Source: Sphingomonas sp. (lineage in GTDB: Bacteria; Pseudomonadota; Alphaproteobacteria; Sphingomonadales; Sphingomonadaceae). From it: a stretch of 64,000 nt of DNA. A program made the position numbers and the translations under genes. The stretch covers positions 3,483 to 67,482 of the forward strand of contig DASTWI010000020.1 in the NCBI GenBank assembly GCA_035776635.1, read 5' to 3'. Shown here piece after piece: positions 1-10,429 of this stretch; position 1 is the first letter of the stretch; each line of letters starts with the position of its first letter. The notes beneath the pieces were generated by a model. That model saw only the letters and a list, made by a program, of their open reading frames with translations. It was not told where the DNA came from and ran no database searches.

Positions 1-1948
1 GAGCGCCGATGCGCCGCAGATCGGCACGTTCGGCTTCGACGAGAAGGGCATGGATCGCGCGGTCAAGCCTGGCGACGATTTCTACGAATATGCCAACGGC
101 ACCTGGGCGAAAACCACCGTGATCCCGGCCGACAAGTCGAACTACGGTGCGTTCGACGTGCTGCAGGATCTCTCGCGAACGCGTACCCGCGGCATCCTGG
201 AGGCGGCGAAAAGCGATCCCAATTCGAAGATCGGGACGGCCTATGCGACCTATCTCGACACCGCGGCGATTGATGCCAAGGGACTGGCGCCGATCAGGCC
301 GTGGCTCGACTCAATCAAGGCGGCCGACAGCAAGACCGCTTATGTCGCGCTGCTCGGCCAGGCGGCGCGCGATGGCGTGCGCGGACCGTTCGGCGCCTAT
401 GTCGGGCAAGACGACAAGGACCCCGAGAATTACGCGGTGAGCATCGTCCAAGCCGGGCTCGGCATGCCCGATCGCGATTATTACCTGTCGAACGACCCCA
501 AGCTCGCCCAGACCAAGACCGCCTATCAGGCGCATCTCGCCAAGATGCTGAGCCTTGCCGGAGAGCCGAACGCCGACGCACGTGCCAAGGCGATCGTCGA
601 TTTCGAAACGCAGATTGCCCAAGTCAGCTGGACCCGGATCGACAGCCGCGACGCCACGAAAACCTACAACAAGATGACCGTCGCGCAATTGCAGCAGCAG
701 GCGCCGGGTTTCGACTTCGGCGCATGGCTGACCGACAGCGGCACGCCAGTTTCGAGCGTCATCGTCGCGCAACCTTCGGCGGTGACGGGCATCGCAAAGC
801 TGGTCGCCGCGGCGCCGATGCAGGTGCTGCAGGACCAGCTGATCGCCCGTTCGCTCGACAGCTTCGCCGACGTATTGCCGAGCGCGTTCGACGCGGAGAA
901 TTTCCACTTCTACGGCACCGTCCTGTCGGGCACGCCCGAGCAGGAGGCGCGGTGGAAGCGCGGGGTCGACTTCACCACCGGCGCGCTGACCGACGACGTA
1001 TCGAAGCTCTACGTCGCCCAATATTTCCCGCCCGAAACCAAGGCGGCGGCGCTCGACTTGGTCCACAACCTGATCGACGCGATGAATGCGCGGATCGACA
1101 AGCTGACCTGGATGGCGCCTGAGACCAAGGTCAAGGCGCACGCCAAGCTCGCCGCCTTCACACCCAAGATCGGCTACCCCGACAAGTGGCACGATTATTC
1201 GAACTTGAAGATCGTCGTCGGCGATGCGTTCGGCAACGAACTGCGCGCCAACCAGTGGCAGCACGATTGGGACGCGGACAAGCTCGGCAAACCGATCTAC
1301 CGGTGGGAATGGGGCATGACGCCGATGACGGTGAACGCCTATTCGAATTTCGGCCAGGTCGAGATCGTCTTCCCGGCGGCGATCCTGCAGCCGCCGTTCT
1401 TCGACCCCAAGGCCGATCCGGCGATCAACTACGGCGGCATCGGCGCGGTGATCGGGCACGAGATGAGCCACCAGTTCGACGATCAGGGCTCCAAATACGA
1501 CGCGCACGGCAAGCTGACCGACTGGTGGACTCCGCAAGACGTCGCCAATTTCAAGAAGCTGACAGGCGAAATCGTCGCGCAATACGACGCCTATGAGCCG
1601 CTTCCGGGGATGCATGAAAAAGGCGCGTTGACGCAGGGCGAGAACATAGCCGACCTCGCCGGCCTCACTACTGCCTATGATGCCTACCATAAGGCGCTCG
1701 GCGGCAAGAAAGCCCCGGTGATCGACGGCTTCACTGGTGACCAGCGCTTCTACCTCGGGTGGGCCCAGGTGTGGCGGCGCAATTATCGCGAGGCGAATTT
1801 GCGCCAGCGCCTGCTGACCGACCCGCACTCGCCGTCGATCCAGCGCGCGTGGATCGTGCGCGACATGGACCCCTGGTATCCGGCGTTCGACGTCAAGCCC
1901 GGCGACAAGCTCTACCTGCCGTCCGACAAGCGCGTTCGGATCTGGTAA
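1..1948 (+). CDS. M13 family zinc metallopeptidase (PepO/neprilysin-like), 5' end outside window
   Basis: HEMSH zinc motif, ENIAD, NAY and HSP motifs. Frame is open from base 2 (SADAPQIGTFGFDEKG-MDRA), so ATG at 50 is internal. Confidence 0.93.
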   Translation, partial: SADAPQIGTFGFDEKGMDRAVKPGDDFYEYANGTWAKTTVIPADKSNYGAFDVLQDLSRTRTRGILEAAKSDPNSKIGTAYATYLDTAAIDAKGLAPIRPWLDSIKAADSKTAYVALLGQAARDGVRGPFGAYVGQDDKDPENYAVSIVQAGLGMPDRDYYLSNDPKLAQTKTAYQAHLAKMLSLAGEPNADARAKAIVDFETQIAQVSWTRIDSRDATKTYNKMTVAQLQQQAPGFDFGAWLTDSGTPVSSVIVAQPSAVTGIAKLVAAAPMQVLQDQLIARSLDSFADVLPSAFDAENFHFYGTVLSGTPEQEARWKRGVDFTTGALTDDVSKLYVAQYFPPETKAAALDLVHNLIDAMNARIDKLTWMAPETKVKAHAKLAAFTPKIGYPDKWHDYSNLKIVVGDAFGNELRANQWQHDWDADKLGKPIYRWEWGMTPMTVNAYSNFGQVEIVFPAAILQPPFFDPKADPAINYGGIGAVIGHEMSHQFDDQGSKYDAHGKLTDWWTPQDVANFKKLTGEIVAQYDAYEPLPGMHEKGALTQGENIADLAGLTTAYDAYHKALGGKKAPVIDGFTGDQRFYLGWAQVWRRNYREANLRQRLLTDPHSPSIQRAWIVRDMDPWYPAFDVKPGDKLYLPSDKRVRIW

Positions 1949-2046
1949 TGCGAAATCCAGCTTGCCCCGGGAACGGGTGAGGGGAGCGGCGTAGCAGGCG
2001 CTCCGAAGCTCCTTGACGCTGGCCCGTGGCGCGCCAAAGAGGGCTT

Positions 2047-4422
2047 ATGGCCTCGCACTCGGCATTCCCGGCATCGCTCGATCCCACGCGCAGTGCCGCG
2101 CTGATCGCCGGCACCGCCGGGCTCGCCGCGGCGCTCGTGATTCTGTGGCTGGTCGGGAGCGCCGTCGTCGCCGCGGGCTTTCTTGCGACGGCGCTCGTGC
2201 TGTTCGGTTTCGTCCTCGCCTGGCGACGATTGGCTCCGGCCAGGGTCGCGGCGCAGGAGAGTGCGGTCGACTGGTCGGTCGCCCACGCGCTCGCCGAGGC
2301 CAGCCCCGACGCGGTCGCCGTTACCGATCGCGCGGGGAGGCTGGTCTGCGCCAACGACCGCTACGAAGCGTTATTCGGCGGCTTCCCGACGCCGCCCGGC
2401 CTGCCGCTCGCGGAGGACGGCATCAACGCGCTGACTGCCGCGGGACGAGCTGCGTGGCGCGACGGGCGCGGGCGACTCGACCGTCTGCTGTCGCGCGGCA
2501 CGCCGCTCGCCGTCGACATCGTTCGCGCCGGGGCCGAGCAGGACATGCTGGTCTGGCGCTTCTCTGGTGCCGAGGGGCTCGATCTTGCAGCAAGCGCCGC
2601 GACGCTGATCGACGGACGCCACGGAGACCGGCTCGCAGCATCGGGGATCATGCTCGCCCTGGTTTCCCCGGAGGGCCGCATCCGCGCCGCGAATCGCGTG
2701 TTCCGCGCGCGCGCCATGGGGCATGAAGAGGCCGCGGTTGCGGGCGGCGATTTCGCGCGCTTCCTCGTCACCGACTCGCGCGGACTGGTGCGCTTCGAGC
2801 GCGAGGGGTTGACCGGCGTGCCGGTGCGCGTCCTCCAGATTCCGTTCCTCGACGGCGAGGATGCGCCGCTGCTGGTCGCCCTGGTCGACGAGGAAGAGCC
2901 GGTCTCGGGCGGTGCCGGCACGGCACAGCCGGTCAAAAGCCTGATCTCCCTGCTGCCCGTGGGGCTGGCATTGGTCGACCGCGACGGCCGCTTCGTCCAG
3001 ATGAACGATGCCTTCGCGCGCGCCGCCGATGCCGATCCCGCCAATCCGCCGGTCTATCCCGGCGATCTTGTCGTGCGCGAGGACAAAACCGCGGTCGCCG
3101 ACGCCGTCCGCCGTTTTGCCAACGGCAGCGGCCACGTTTCGGACATTGCGGTGCGGCTGAAGGGGCATCCCGACGAGCCGGTCGCGCTCACCATTGCCGG
3201 TGCGCGCGGGCTCGGCGACGCCGCGGTGCTGCTCAGCCTCAAGGACAACAGCGAGGAAAGCAGGCTCAAGCGCGAGGTCGAGCAAGCGACCAAGATGCGC
3301 GCGGTCGGCCAGCTCGCCGGCGGCGTCGCGCACGATTTCAACAACGTCCTCACCGCGATCATCGGCCATTGCGACCTGATGCTGATGCGCCATTCCCCGG
3401 GCGACAGCGACTATGACGATATCCAGCAGGTCAAGGCCAATTCCAACCGCGCCGCCAGCCTGACGCGGCAGCTGCTCGCCTTCTCCCGGCAGCAGACGCT
3501 GCGTCCGCAGGTGCTGCAGCTGCCCGACGTTATTTCCGAGGTGTCGAACCTGTTGAAGCGGCTGCTCGGCGAAACGGTGACGCTGATGGTCAAGCACGGC
3601 CGCAACCTGGGGCCGGTACGCGCCGATCCGGGGCAGCTTGAGCAGGTCGTCGTCAACCTCGCGGTCAACGCGCGCGACGCGATCGGCCTGGGCGGCGGCA
3701 CCCTGACGATCGAGACGCTGGCGGTCTCGGCGGCCGAAGTGCGGCGGATGGATTCGGAGCTGCTGCCGATCGGCGACTATACCGCGCTGCGCCTGACCGA
3801 CACCGGCGCCGGCATCCCGCCCGACGTGCTGCCCAAGATCTTCGAGCCGTTCTTCACAACGAAGGACGTGGGCAAGGGGACCGGACTCGGCCTTTCGACC
3901 GTCTACGGCATCGTCAAACAGTCGGGCGGCTATATCTTCGCCGAATCGAAGCCGGGGAGGGGGGCGACCTTCACCATCTATTTTCCGGTCCATGCGGAGG
4001 GCGCCACGGCGCCGGCCGCTCGTTCCCCCTCGCGCGGCAAGCCGGGCGACCTGTGGGGGTCGGGCACGATCCTGCTGGTCGAGGACGAGGACATGGTGCG
4101 TGCGGTCGCCGAGCGGGCGCTCACGCGGCAGGGCTATACCGTGCTCACCGCTGAGAATGGCGAGGCGGCGCTCGAGCTGATCGCGACCGCCGACCGGCCC
4201 GACCTGCTCATTTCCGACGTCGTCATGCCGTCGATGGACGGACCGACCATGGTCGCCCGCGTGCGCAAGCGCTACCCCGACCTGCCGATCCTGTTCATGT
4301 CGGGCTACGCCGAGGAGCAGCTGCGCCGGTCGATCGATATCGACCACGTCGCGTTTCTGCCGAAACCCTTTTCCGTCCAGCAGCTTGCCGAAGCTGCGCG
4401 CGATGCTTTGACGATGAAATAG
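2047..4422 (+). CDS. cckA: Hybrid sensor histidine kinase/response regulator CckA
   Basis: Two N-terminal TM helices, PAS-like region, H-box [12 protein letters not shown], HATPase motifs ([14 protein letters not shown]), C-terminal receiver domain. Confidence 0.88.
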   Translation: MASHSAFPASLDPTRSAALIAGTAGLAAALVILWLVGSAVVAAGFLATALVLFGFVLAWRRLAPARVAAQESAVDWSVAHALAEASPDAVAVTDRAGRLVCANDRYEALFGGFPTPPGLPLAEDGINALTAAGRAAWRDGRGRLDRLLSRGTPLAVDIVRAGAEQDMLVWRFSGAEGLDLAASAATLIDGRHGDRLAASGIMLALVSPEGRIRAANRVFRARAMGHEEAAVAGGDFARFLVTDSRGLVRFEREGLTGVPVRVLQIPFLDGEDAPLLVALVDEEEPVSGGAGTAQPVKSLISLLPVGLALVDRDGRFVQMNDAFARAADADPANPPVYPGDLVVREDKTAVADAVRRFANGSGHVSDIAVRLKGHPDEPVALTIAGARGLGDAAVLLSLKDNSEESRLKREVEQATKMRAVGQLAGGVAHDFNNVLTAIIGHCDLMLMRHSPGDSDYDDIQQVKANSNRAASLTRQLLAFSRQQTLRPQVLQLPDVISEVSNLLKRLLGETVTLMVKHGRNLGPVRADPGQLEQVVVNLAVNARDAIGLGGGTLTIETLAVSAAEVRRMDSELLPIGDYTALRLTDTGAGIPPDVLPKIFEPFFTTKDVGKGTGLGLSTVYGIVKQSGGYIFAESKPGRGATFTIYFPVHAEGATAPAARSPSRGKPGDLWGSGTILLVEDEDMVRAVAERALTRQGYTVLTAENGEAALELIATADRPDLLISDVVMPSMDGPTMVARVRKRYPDLPILFMSGYAEEQLRRSIDIDHVAFLPKPFSVQQLAEAARDALTMK

Positions 4423-4462
4423 CGGCTGGCGCACTGGCCGCACCGCCGGTAATGAACGCGCG

Positions 4463-4816
4463 ATGAGCACGACCCGCCGCATTCTCGTCGTCGAAGACGA
4501 ACCGTTGATCTCGATGATGCTCGAGGATTTTCTCGACATGCTCGGGCACGAGGTCGCCGGCGCCGTCGACAGCGTCGGCGATGCGCTGGCTGCGGTCGAG
4601 GCGGGGGGTGTCGATGCGGCCATTCTCGACGTCAATTTGCGCGGAGGAGAGAAAAGCTGGGCGGTCGCCGACATGCTGGCCAGGGATGGCATTCCCTTCG
4701 TGCTCGCGACCGGCGATGGCGGCGATTCGATCGCCGAGCCGCACCGCGATCGGCCGACGCTGACCAAGCCGTTCACGATGGACGGGGTGAAACAGGCGCT
4801 GGAGGAACTCGAATAG
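4463..4816 (+). CDS. Single-domain response regulator (CheY-like)
   Basis: ILVVEDE, AAILDVNL (phosphoacceptor Asp), LATG and KPF motifs; 117 aa. Confidence 0.9.
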   Translation: MSTTRRILVVEDEPLISMMLEDFLDMLGHEVAGAVDSVGDALAAVEAGGVDAAILDVNLRGGEKSWAVADMLARDGIPFVLATGDGGDSIAEPHRDRPTLTKPFTMDGVKQALEELE

Positions 4817-4819
4817 CTG

Positions 4820-5335
4820 CTATTCGATCCGCTGAGGTACCTCCGCGGCATCCTGATCGAGGGAATCCTGCGGCGCGACGGCTTCCCACGGGAAGACGAA
4901 CCAGTCCTTGGTTTGCTCACGGTCGATCGTGCAGGCGCGGTAATCGACACGCTCGGCCGAGCCCGAATTGTCGATCAGCGTGGCGAAGCGCACGTTTGCC
5001 GCAACCGCGCCGGCCTCGACCAGCGCGCGGCGCAGCCTGGCGATCGTGCGGCCGCTGTCGTTGATGTCGTCGAGGAACAGCAGCCGCTCGCCCTCGCGAG
5101 TGCGCGCGGCGAGACGGATCAGCGGGGCGTCGGCGAAGTCGGGCACCTCGCTCGAATGATCGACCGACAGCATCGGCAACCCGGTCGCATGGCTGAGGTA
5201 TACCGCCGGCGCCAGCCCGCCGCGGCCGATGCCGATGACGAACGACGGCGTCCAGTCGCCGGCGCCGATCTGCTCGGCGAGCGACAACACCATCGCGACA
5301 TAATCGTCGTGCGTGATACGAGTGAAGGTCGGCAT
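4820..5335 (-). CDS. Type I phosphoribosyltransferase (purine PRT-like)
   Basis: IGRGG loop and PRPP motif LLFLDDINDSGRTI, FPWE near the C-terminus. ATG overlaps the deaminase stop codon (TGATG). Confidence 0.85.
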   Translation of the reverse strand: MPTFTRITHDDYVAMVLSLAEQIGAGDWTPSFVIGIGRGGLAPAVYLSHATGLPMLSVDHSSEVPDFADAPLIRLAARTREGERLLFLDDINDSGRTIARLRRALVEAGAVAANVRFATLIDNSGSAERVDYRACTIDREQTKDWFVFPWEAVAPQDSLDQDAAEVPQRIE

Positions 5336-6351
5336 CAGCCGTTCGCCGCGACATAGGCGTCGAGCCGGGCGCAATGCGCGGCGACTTCGTCGTCGGTGAG
5401 GAACGATCCCAGGAAGCTGTTGCGCGCCAGCGTGACGAGATCGCCGCGCGTCAGCCCGCGCGCCTCGGCGACGGCAAGGTAGTTGTCGGCGATATAGCCG
5501 CCGAAATAAGCCGGGTCGTCCGAATTGACCGTCGCGCGCAGGCCGAGCCGCAGCATTCGGTCGATCGGGTGGTGCGCCATGTCGTCGACCACGCACAGCT
5601 TGAGGTTGGAGAGCGGACAGACCGTCAGCGTCATGCCGGTGCGGGCAAGGCGGGCGGTCAGCACCGCGTCCTCAAGGCTGCGGTTGCCGTGGTCGAGCCG
5701 GTCGATGTCGAGCAGGTCGAGCGCCTGGTGGACATAGTCCGGCGGCCCTTCCTCGCCGGCGTGCGCAACCAGCCTCAGCCCCTTGGCGCGTGCGGCGGCG
5801 AAGACGCGGGCGAATTTCTCGGGCGGGTGGCCGAGCTCGGACGAATCGAGCCCGACCCCGGCGATGCGGTCGAGCCACGGTTCGGCGGCATCCAGCGCCG
5901 CGAATGCTGAGTCCTCGTCGAGATGGCGCAGGAAGCACAGAATCAGCTTCGAGGTGAGGCCATGCTTTGCCTCCGCCTCCCCCATCGCCGACAACAGCCC
6001 CTCGATCACCGTGCCGAACGCGATCCCGCGATCGGTGTGGGTCTGCGGGTCGAAGAAGATCTCGGCATGGACGACCCCGTCGGCCGCGGCGCGGTCGAAA
6101 TAGGCGGCGGCGAGGTCGTGGAAATCCTGTTGCTCGCGCAGAACGTTGGCGCCCTGATAATAGATGTCGAGGAAGTCCTGCAGGTTAGTGAAGCTGTAGG
6201 CGGCCCGCACTTCCTCGACGCTGTCGAACGGGATTGTCACCCCGTTGCGCTTCGCAAGCGCGACCATCAGCTCGGGCTCGAGGCTGCCTTCGATGTGAAG
6301 GTGGAGCTCGGCCTTGGGCAGGCCGGTGATGAAGCTGGCGAGGTCGGTCAT
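5335..6351 (-). CDS. add: Adenosine/adenine deaminase
   Basis: PKAELHLHIEGSLE, HAGEEG, HGNR, CPLSN and NSDDPAYF motifs. Confidence 0.92.
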   Translation of the reverse strand: MTDLASFITGLPKAELHLHIEGSLEPELMVALAKRNGVTIPFDSVEEVRAAYSFTNLQDFLDIYYQGANVLREQQDFHDLAAAYFDRAAADGVVHAEIFFDPQTHTDRGIAFGTVIEGLLSAMGEAEAKHGLTSKLILCFLRHLDEDSAFAALDAAEPWLDRIAGVGLDSSELGHPPEKFARVFAAARAKGLRLVAHAGEEGPPDYVHQALDLLDIDRLDHGNRSLEDAVLTARLARTGMTLTVCPLSNLKLCVVDDMAHHPIDRMLRLGLRATVNSDDPAYFGGYIADNYLAVAEARGLTRGDLVTLARNSFLGSFLTDDEVAAHCARLDAYVAANG

Positions 6352-6367
6352 GCGCTCCTCTTCGAGA

Positions 6368-7971
6368 TCAGCCGCCGCCGGGGCCGTGCGGGCCCTCGGC
6401 CGGGGTGCGGGGCGCGACCTTGTGCGGCACATGCTGGTCGAAGTCGATGCGGTAGAGGTCGAACCGGCGGTCGGTGAGGTTGCGCACGGTGCCCTCGGTC
6501 CGCGCCCAGGTGAGGTCGGCGAGGTTGACGTCGCTGATCGTCAGCGTCTCGACATTCTCGCTCGCCTCGGCGGCGATGCCGTCGCGGGCGAAGGGGAAGT
6601 CGCACGGCGTCAGGATGCAGCTCTGCGCATATTGGATGTCCATGTTGTCGACATTGGGCAGGTTGCCGACATTGCCCGACAGCACGACGTAGCATTGGTT
6701 CTCGATCGCACGCGCCTGGCAGCAATAGCGCACGCGCAGATAGCCCTGGCGATTGTCGGTGCAGAAGGGGACGAACAGGATGCGCGCCCCTTCGTCGACC
6801 AGGCGGCGGGCGAGCTCGGGGAATTCGCTGTCGTAGCAGATGAGCACGCCGACCGGTCCGCAATCGGTCTGGATGACATCGACCTCGTCGCCGCCCTTGA
6901 TGTTCCACCAATAGCGTTCGTTGGGCGTGGGTGGATCTTCTCGCGGGCATGGACCGATCCGTCGCGCAGGCAGACATAGGCGACGTTCTGGATATCGCCG
7001 TCGTCGGTGCGGGTCGGGTGCGAACCGCCGATGATGTTGATATTGTATTCGAGCGCCATCCGGCTGAGTTCCTTGACCAGCCGGGGCGTATGCGCGGTCA
7101 GCGCGTCGATCGCCTCCGCCGGGCTCAGCTCGCGCTTTTCATAGGCGAGCAGCGGCAGCGTGAAGAGCTCGGGAAAGACGACGAAGTCGGAACGATAATC
7201 CGCAGCGACATCAACGAAATATTCGATGTTACCGAGAAAGTCCTCGAAGTCGCTGACCGCCCGCGCCTGGAGCTGGACGGTGGCGAGGCGGACGCTTTCG
7301 ACGTCGCGCGGCAAGGCATAGCGCGTATCGGCGTCGTCGGGGACATAGGGGTTGCGCCAGACGAGCAGCGCGGCGTTGCCCGCCGACCGCTTGTCCTCGG
7401 GCAGGTAGTTTTCAAGGACGCCCTTGATCTCGAATCCGTTGCGCAGCTGAAAGCTGACCACCGGATCGCGCAGCTTGCGGGTGGCGATCGCCTCCAGATA
7501 GCCGGCGGGGCCATCGACCTTGCGCCGGTTGCGCTGATAGCCGGGCATACGCCCGCCGATGACGATGCCCTTGAGCTCGAGCCGTTCGGCGAGCGCCTTG
7601 CGCGCGTCGTAGAGCCGCTGGCCGATGCGGACCCCGCGCACCTTGGGATCGACGCACATCTCGTAGCCGTAGAGCCAGGCGCCGGTCGGGTCGTGGCGCG
7701 AGCCGAAGCCATTGGCGGTGATCTCTTCCCAATCGTGCGGCGCGAAGGCGATATCCTCATCGACGCGCATCGAGGCACAATAGCCGACGATCCGGCCGTC
7801 GTAGAGCGCGATGAACTGGCCTTCGGGGAAATGGTTGATCTGCCCCCGCACCTGGCCGCGGCTGTAGCCCGAGATGCGGTCGTAGGCGCGCTCGACGAGG
7901 TCGATGATGCCGGGGACGTCGGCGGTCCGGGCGACGCGGACTTCGAGGCGTTTGGTGGTGGAGCGGGGCAT
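6368..7971 (-). pseudogene. Bifunctional GNAT acetyltransferase / carbon-nitrogen hydrolase, interrupted by a 1-nt frameshift (true lesion or sequencing error)
   Basis: GNAT half (RGVRIGQRLY), then FPELF and EKIHP in one frame; TPNERYWW...ICYDSEFPE continues in another. Adding one base at 6929-6931 gives a single 534-aa ORF. Confidence 0.85.
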
Positions 7972-7979
7972 TCGGTTAT

Positions 7980-8075
7980 TCACCCTCACCCTTCCGGCGC
8001 TTCGCGCCTCCCTCCCTCTCCCAATGGGAGAGGGAAGGGGCCCGCCCGGCACAGCCGGGTGGGAAGGGAGAGGGT
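7980..8075. repeat. Palindromic intergenic repeat (CCCTCTCCC-N3-GGGAGAGGG family)
   Basis: ACCCTCACCCTTCC...CCCTCTCCCAATGGGAGAGGG...GGAAGGGAGAGGGT nested inverted repeats; related arms occur at 13473-13706. Confidence 0.75.
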
Positions 8076-8091
8076 CTGGTCGTCATTCCAT

Positions 8092-9318
8092 TTAGCTCAG
8101 CCCTTGCGCCGCCATCGCGGTTTCGAGATTGGAGCGGATCGCTTCGAAGAATTGCTCGGTGGTCATCCACGGCTGATCGGGGCCGATCAGGATCGCGAGG
8201 TCCTTGGTCATCTGGCCCTTTTCAACCGTCTCGACGCACACCCGTTCCAGCGTTTCGGCGAACTTCGTCACGTCGGGCGTGCCGTCGAACTTGCCGCGGA
8301 ACTTGAGCCCGCCGGTCCAGGCGAAGATCGAGGCGATCGGGTTGGTCGAGGTCGCCTTGCCCTGCTGGTGCTGGCGATAGTGGCGGGTGACGGTGCCGTG
8401 CGCCGCCTCGGCCTCGATCGTCTTGCCGTCGGGGGTCATCAGCACCGAGGTCATCAAACCGAGGCTGCCGAAGCCCTGCGCGACCTGGTCCGACTGGACG
8501 TCGCCGTCATAATTCTTGCACGCCCAGACAAACTCGCCGCTCCACTTGAGCGCCGAGGCGACCATGTCGTCGATCAGGCGGTGCTGATATTCGATGCCGG
8601 CTTCTTTGAACTTCGCCTCGAACTCGGCCTCGTAGATTTCCTGGAACAGGTCCTTGAAGCGGCCATCATAGGCTTTGAGGATGGTGTTCTTGGTCGACAG
8701 GTACACCGGCCACTTGCGGTTGAGCCCGTAATTCATCGACGCCCGCGCGAAATCGCGGATCGAATCGTCGAGGTTATACATGCCCATCGCGACGCCCGAC
8801 GACGGGAAGTCGAACACGTCGAAATCAAGGCTGTCGCCGTTCTCGCCTTCCCATTTCATGGTCAGCTTGCCGGGGCCGGGGACGCGGAAGTCGGTGGCGC
8901 GATACTGGTCGCCGAAGGCGTGGCGGCCGACGACGATCGGCTTGGTCCAGCCGGGGATTAGCCGCGGCACGTTGTTGATGACGATCGGCTCGCGGAAGAT
9001 CGTGCCGCCCAGGATGTTGCGGATCGTGCCGTTGGGCGATTTCCACATCTTTTTGAGGTGAAATTCCTCGACGCGGGCCTCGTCGGGGGTAATCGTCGCG
9101 CACTTCACGCCGACGCCGTATTTCTGGATCGCCCTGGCCGAATCGATCGTGATCTGGTCGTTGGTCTCGTCGCGCTTCTCGACCGAGAGGTCGTAATATT
9201 CGAGGCCGATGTCGAGATAGGGCTTGATCAGGCGCTCGCGGATCCATTCCCAGATGATCCGCGTCATTTCGTCGCCGTCGATCTCCACGACGGGGTTCTT
9301 CACCGTGATCTTCGCCAT
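8092..9318 (-). CDS. icd: NADP-dependent isocitrate dehydrogenase
   Basis: [38 protein letters not shown] and [12 protein letters not shown] motifs. Confidence 0.97.
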   Translation of the reverse strand: MAKITVKNPVVEIDGDEMTRIIWEWIRERLIKPYLDIGLEYYDLSVEKRDETNDQITIDSARAIQKYGVGVKCATITPDEARVEEFHLKKMWKSPNGTIRNILGGTIFREPIVINNVPRLIPGWTKPIVVGRHAFGDQYRATDFRVPGPGKLTMKWEGENGDSLDFDVFDFPSSGVAMGMYNLDDSIRDFARASMNYGLNRKWPVYLSTKNTILKAYDGRFKDLFQEIYEAEFEAKFKEAGIEYQHRLIDDMVASALKWSGEFVWACKNYDGDVQSDQVAQGFGSLGLMTSVLMTPDGKTIEAEAAHGTVTRHYRQHQQGKATSTNPIASIFAWTGGLKFRGKFDGTPDVTKFAETLERVCVETVEKGQMTKDLAILIGPDQPWMTTEQFFEAIRSNLETAMAAQGLS

Positions 9319-9495
9319 TGTCTCTCTCTCGTCAAAGGATGGGGTCGCGGAGGCCCCTAAGGGCAGGCCGTCGCGCGATCAAGCCGCGGCTCGTCCGCCG
9401 GTGAAGTGGAGAAAGTGGAGAGTGTCGCACGGTTTCGCCCGCTTCGCTGCGATCCTCGGGAAAGGAGAGAGATGCAATCGGGGACGAGACGATTG

Positions 9496-9510
9496 GAACA
9501 TAAAGCGAAC
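9496..9510. promoter_or_regulatory. Alphaproteobacterial LexA (SOS) box in the icd/psd divergent intergenic region
   Basis: Exact GAAC-N7-GAAC (GAACATAAAGCGAAC). Confidence 0.6.
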
Positions 9511-9597
9511 ATAGCGCAAAGCGGGTCTGTAGGAAAGCAATTTCGCCGTTTTGAGGCGCGTTGTGTTAGGCGGGCGACACAGCTACACCTCGCGCGC

Positions 9598-10326
9598 ATG
9601 GGGTCACTCGAAAAACCGCCGGTCGGCACCTCGACCGTGAAGTGGCGCTTTCCGGCCATGCATCCGGAAGGCCGCAAATATGTCCTGATCGCCGGCGCCC
9701 TGGCGCTGGCGTCGATCTGGATCTGGGATTTCGCGACATGGCCGCTGATCGGCCTCGCAGCCTGGGTCGCAGCGTTCTTCCGCGACCCGGTACGCGTCAC
9801 GCCGCAGGGCGACGACCTGATCGTCGCGCCCGCCGACGGGCTGGTGACGATGATCGAGCGGGTGCCGGTACCGGTCGAGCTCGCCGGGCCCAACGGGCTG
9901 GGGGACGCGCCGCTGGTGCGCGTCTCGATCTTCATGAGCGTGTTCGACGTGCATGTGAACCGCACGCCCATCGCCGGCACGATCCGGCAGGTCGTCTATA
10001 TCTCCGGCAAGTTCCTCAACGCCGACCTCGACAAGGCGAGCGAGGAGAACGAGCGGCAGCACATCCTGGTTGAAGGCCATGACGGGCGGCGGATCGGCTT
10101 CACTCAGATCGCCGGGCTGGTCGCGCGGCGGATCGTCACCTTCGTCAAGCCCGGCGACATCGTCGCGGCGGGACAGCGCGTCGGCCTGATCCGGTTCGGC
10201 AGCCGCGTCGACGTCTACCTGCCCGACGGCATCGAGCCGCAGGTCGCGCTCGGCCAGCGCAGCGTCGCCGGAGAAACCGTGCTCGGGCGGATCGGCGCAC
10301 CGATGGCGGTCGGTGTGGCGCAGTGA
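9598..10326 (+). CDS. psd: Phosphatidylserine decarboxylase proenzyme
   Basis: [27 protein letters not shown] and RFGSRVD (autocleavage GS) motifs. Confidence 0.95.
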   Translation: MGSLEKPPVGTSTVKWRFPAMHPEGRKYVLIAGALALASIWIWDFATWPLIGLAAWVAAFFRDPVRVTPQGDDLIVAPADGLVTMIERVPVPVELAGPNGLGDAPLVRVSIFMSVFDVHVNRTPIAGTIRQVVYISGKFLNADLDKASEENERQHILVEGHDGRRIGFTQIAGLVARRIVTFVKPGDIVAAGQRVGLIRFGSRVDVYLPDGIEPQVALGQRSVAGETVLGRIGAPMAVGVAQ

Positions 10327-10343
10327 GGCCAAACCTCCCCGGA

Positions 10344-10421
10344 TATTCCTGCGAAGGCAGGAATCCAGGAGCCGCGGGCGATAACGCCGGTGGCTCCGGG
10401 CTCCTGCTTCCGCGGGAGCAC
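10344..10421. repeat. REP-like doublet, family A (TCCTGCGAARGCAGGA)
   Basis: TATTCCTGCGAAGGCAGGAATCCA...GGGCTCCTGCTTCCGCGGGAGCAC; same family at 36274, 50104, 54304, 55854 and 60123. Confidence 0.8.
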
Positions 10422-10429
10422 AAGGGCCG

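Noticed and set aside
6925-6935. Programmed ribosomal frameshift in the GNAT/nitrilase gene
   Set aside because: There is no X-XXY-YYZ slippery heptamer or obvious stimulator, and the shift falls in the middle of a catalytic domain.
7972-8052. A fourth in-frame repeat insertion at the GNAT/nitrilase N-terminus
   Set aside because: The frame is open through the repeat, but a suitable ATG (7971) lies after it, so translation through the repeat is not required.
9406-9597. N-terminal extension of psd (ORF start 9406); likewise extended starts for purM (60422), the deaminase (6432) and dusB (45629)
   Set aside because: The extensions run through regulatory or repeat sequence or the neighbouring gene. 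Downstream starts match the expected family N-termini.
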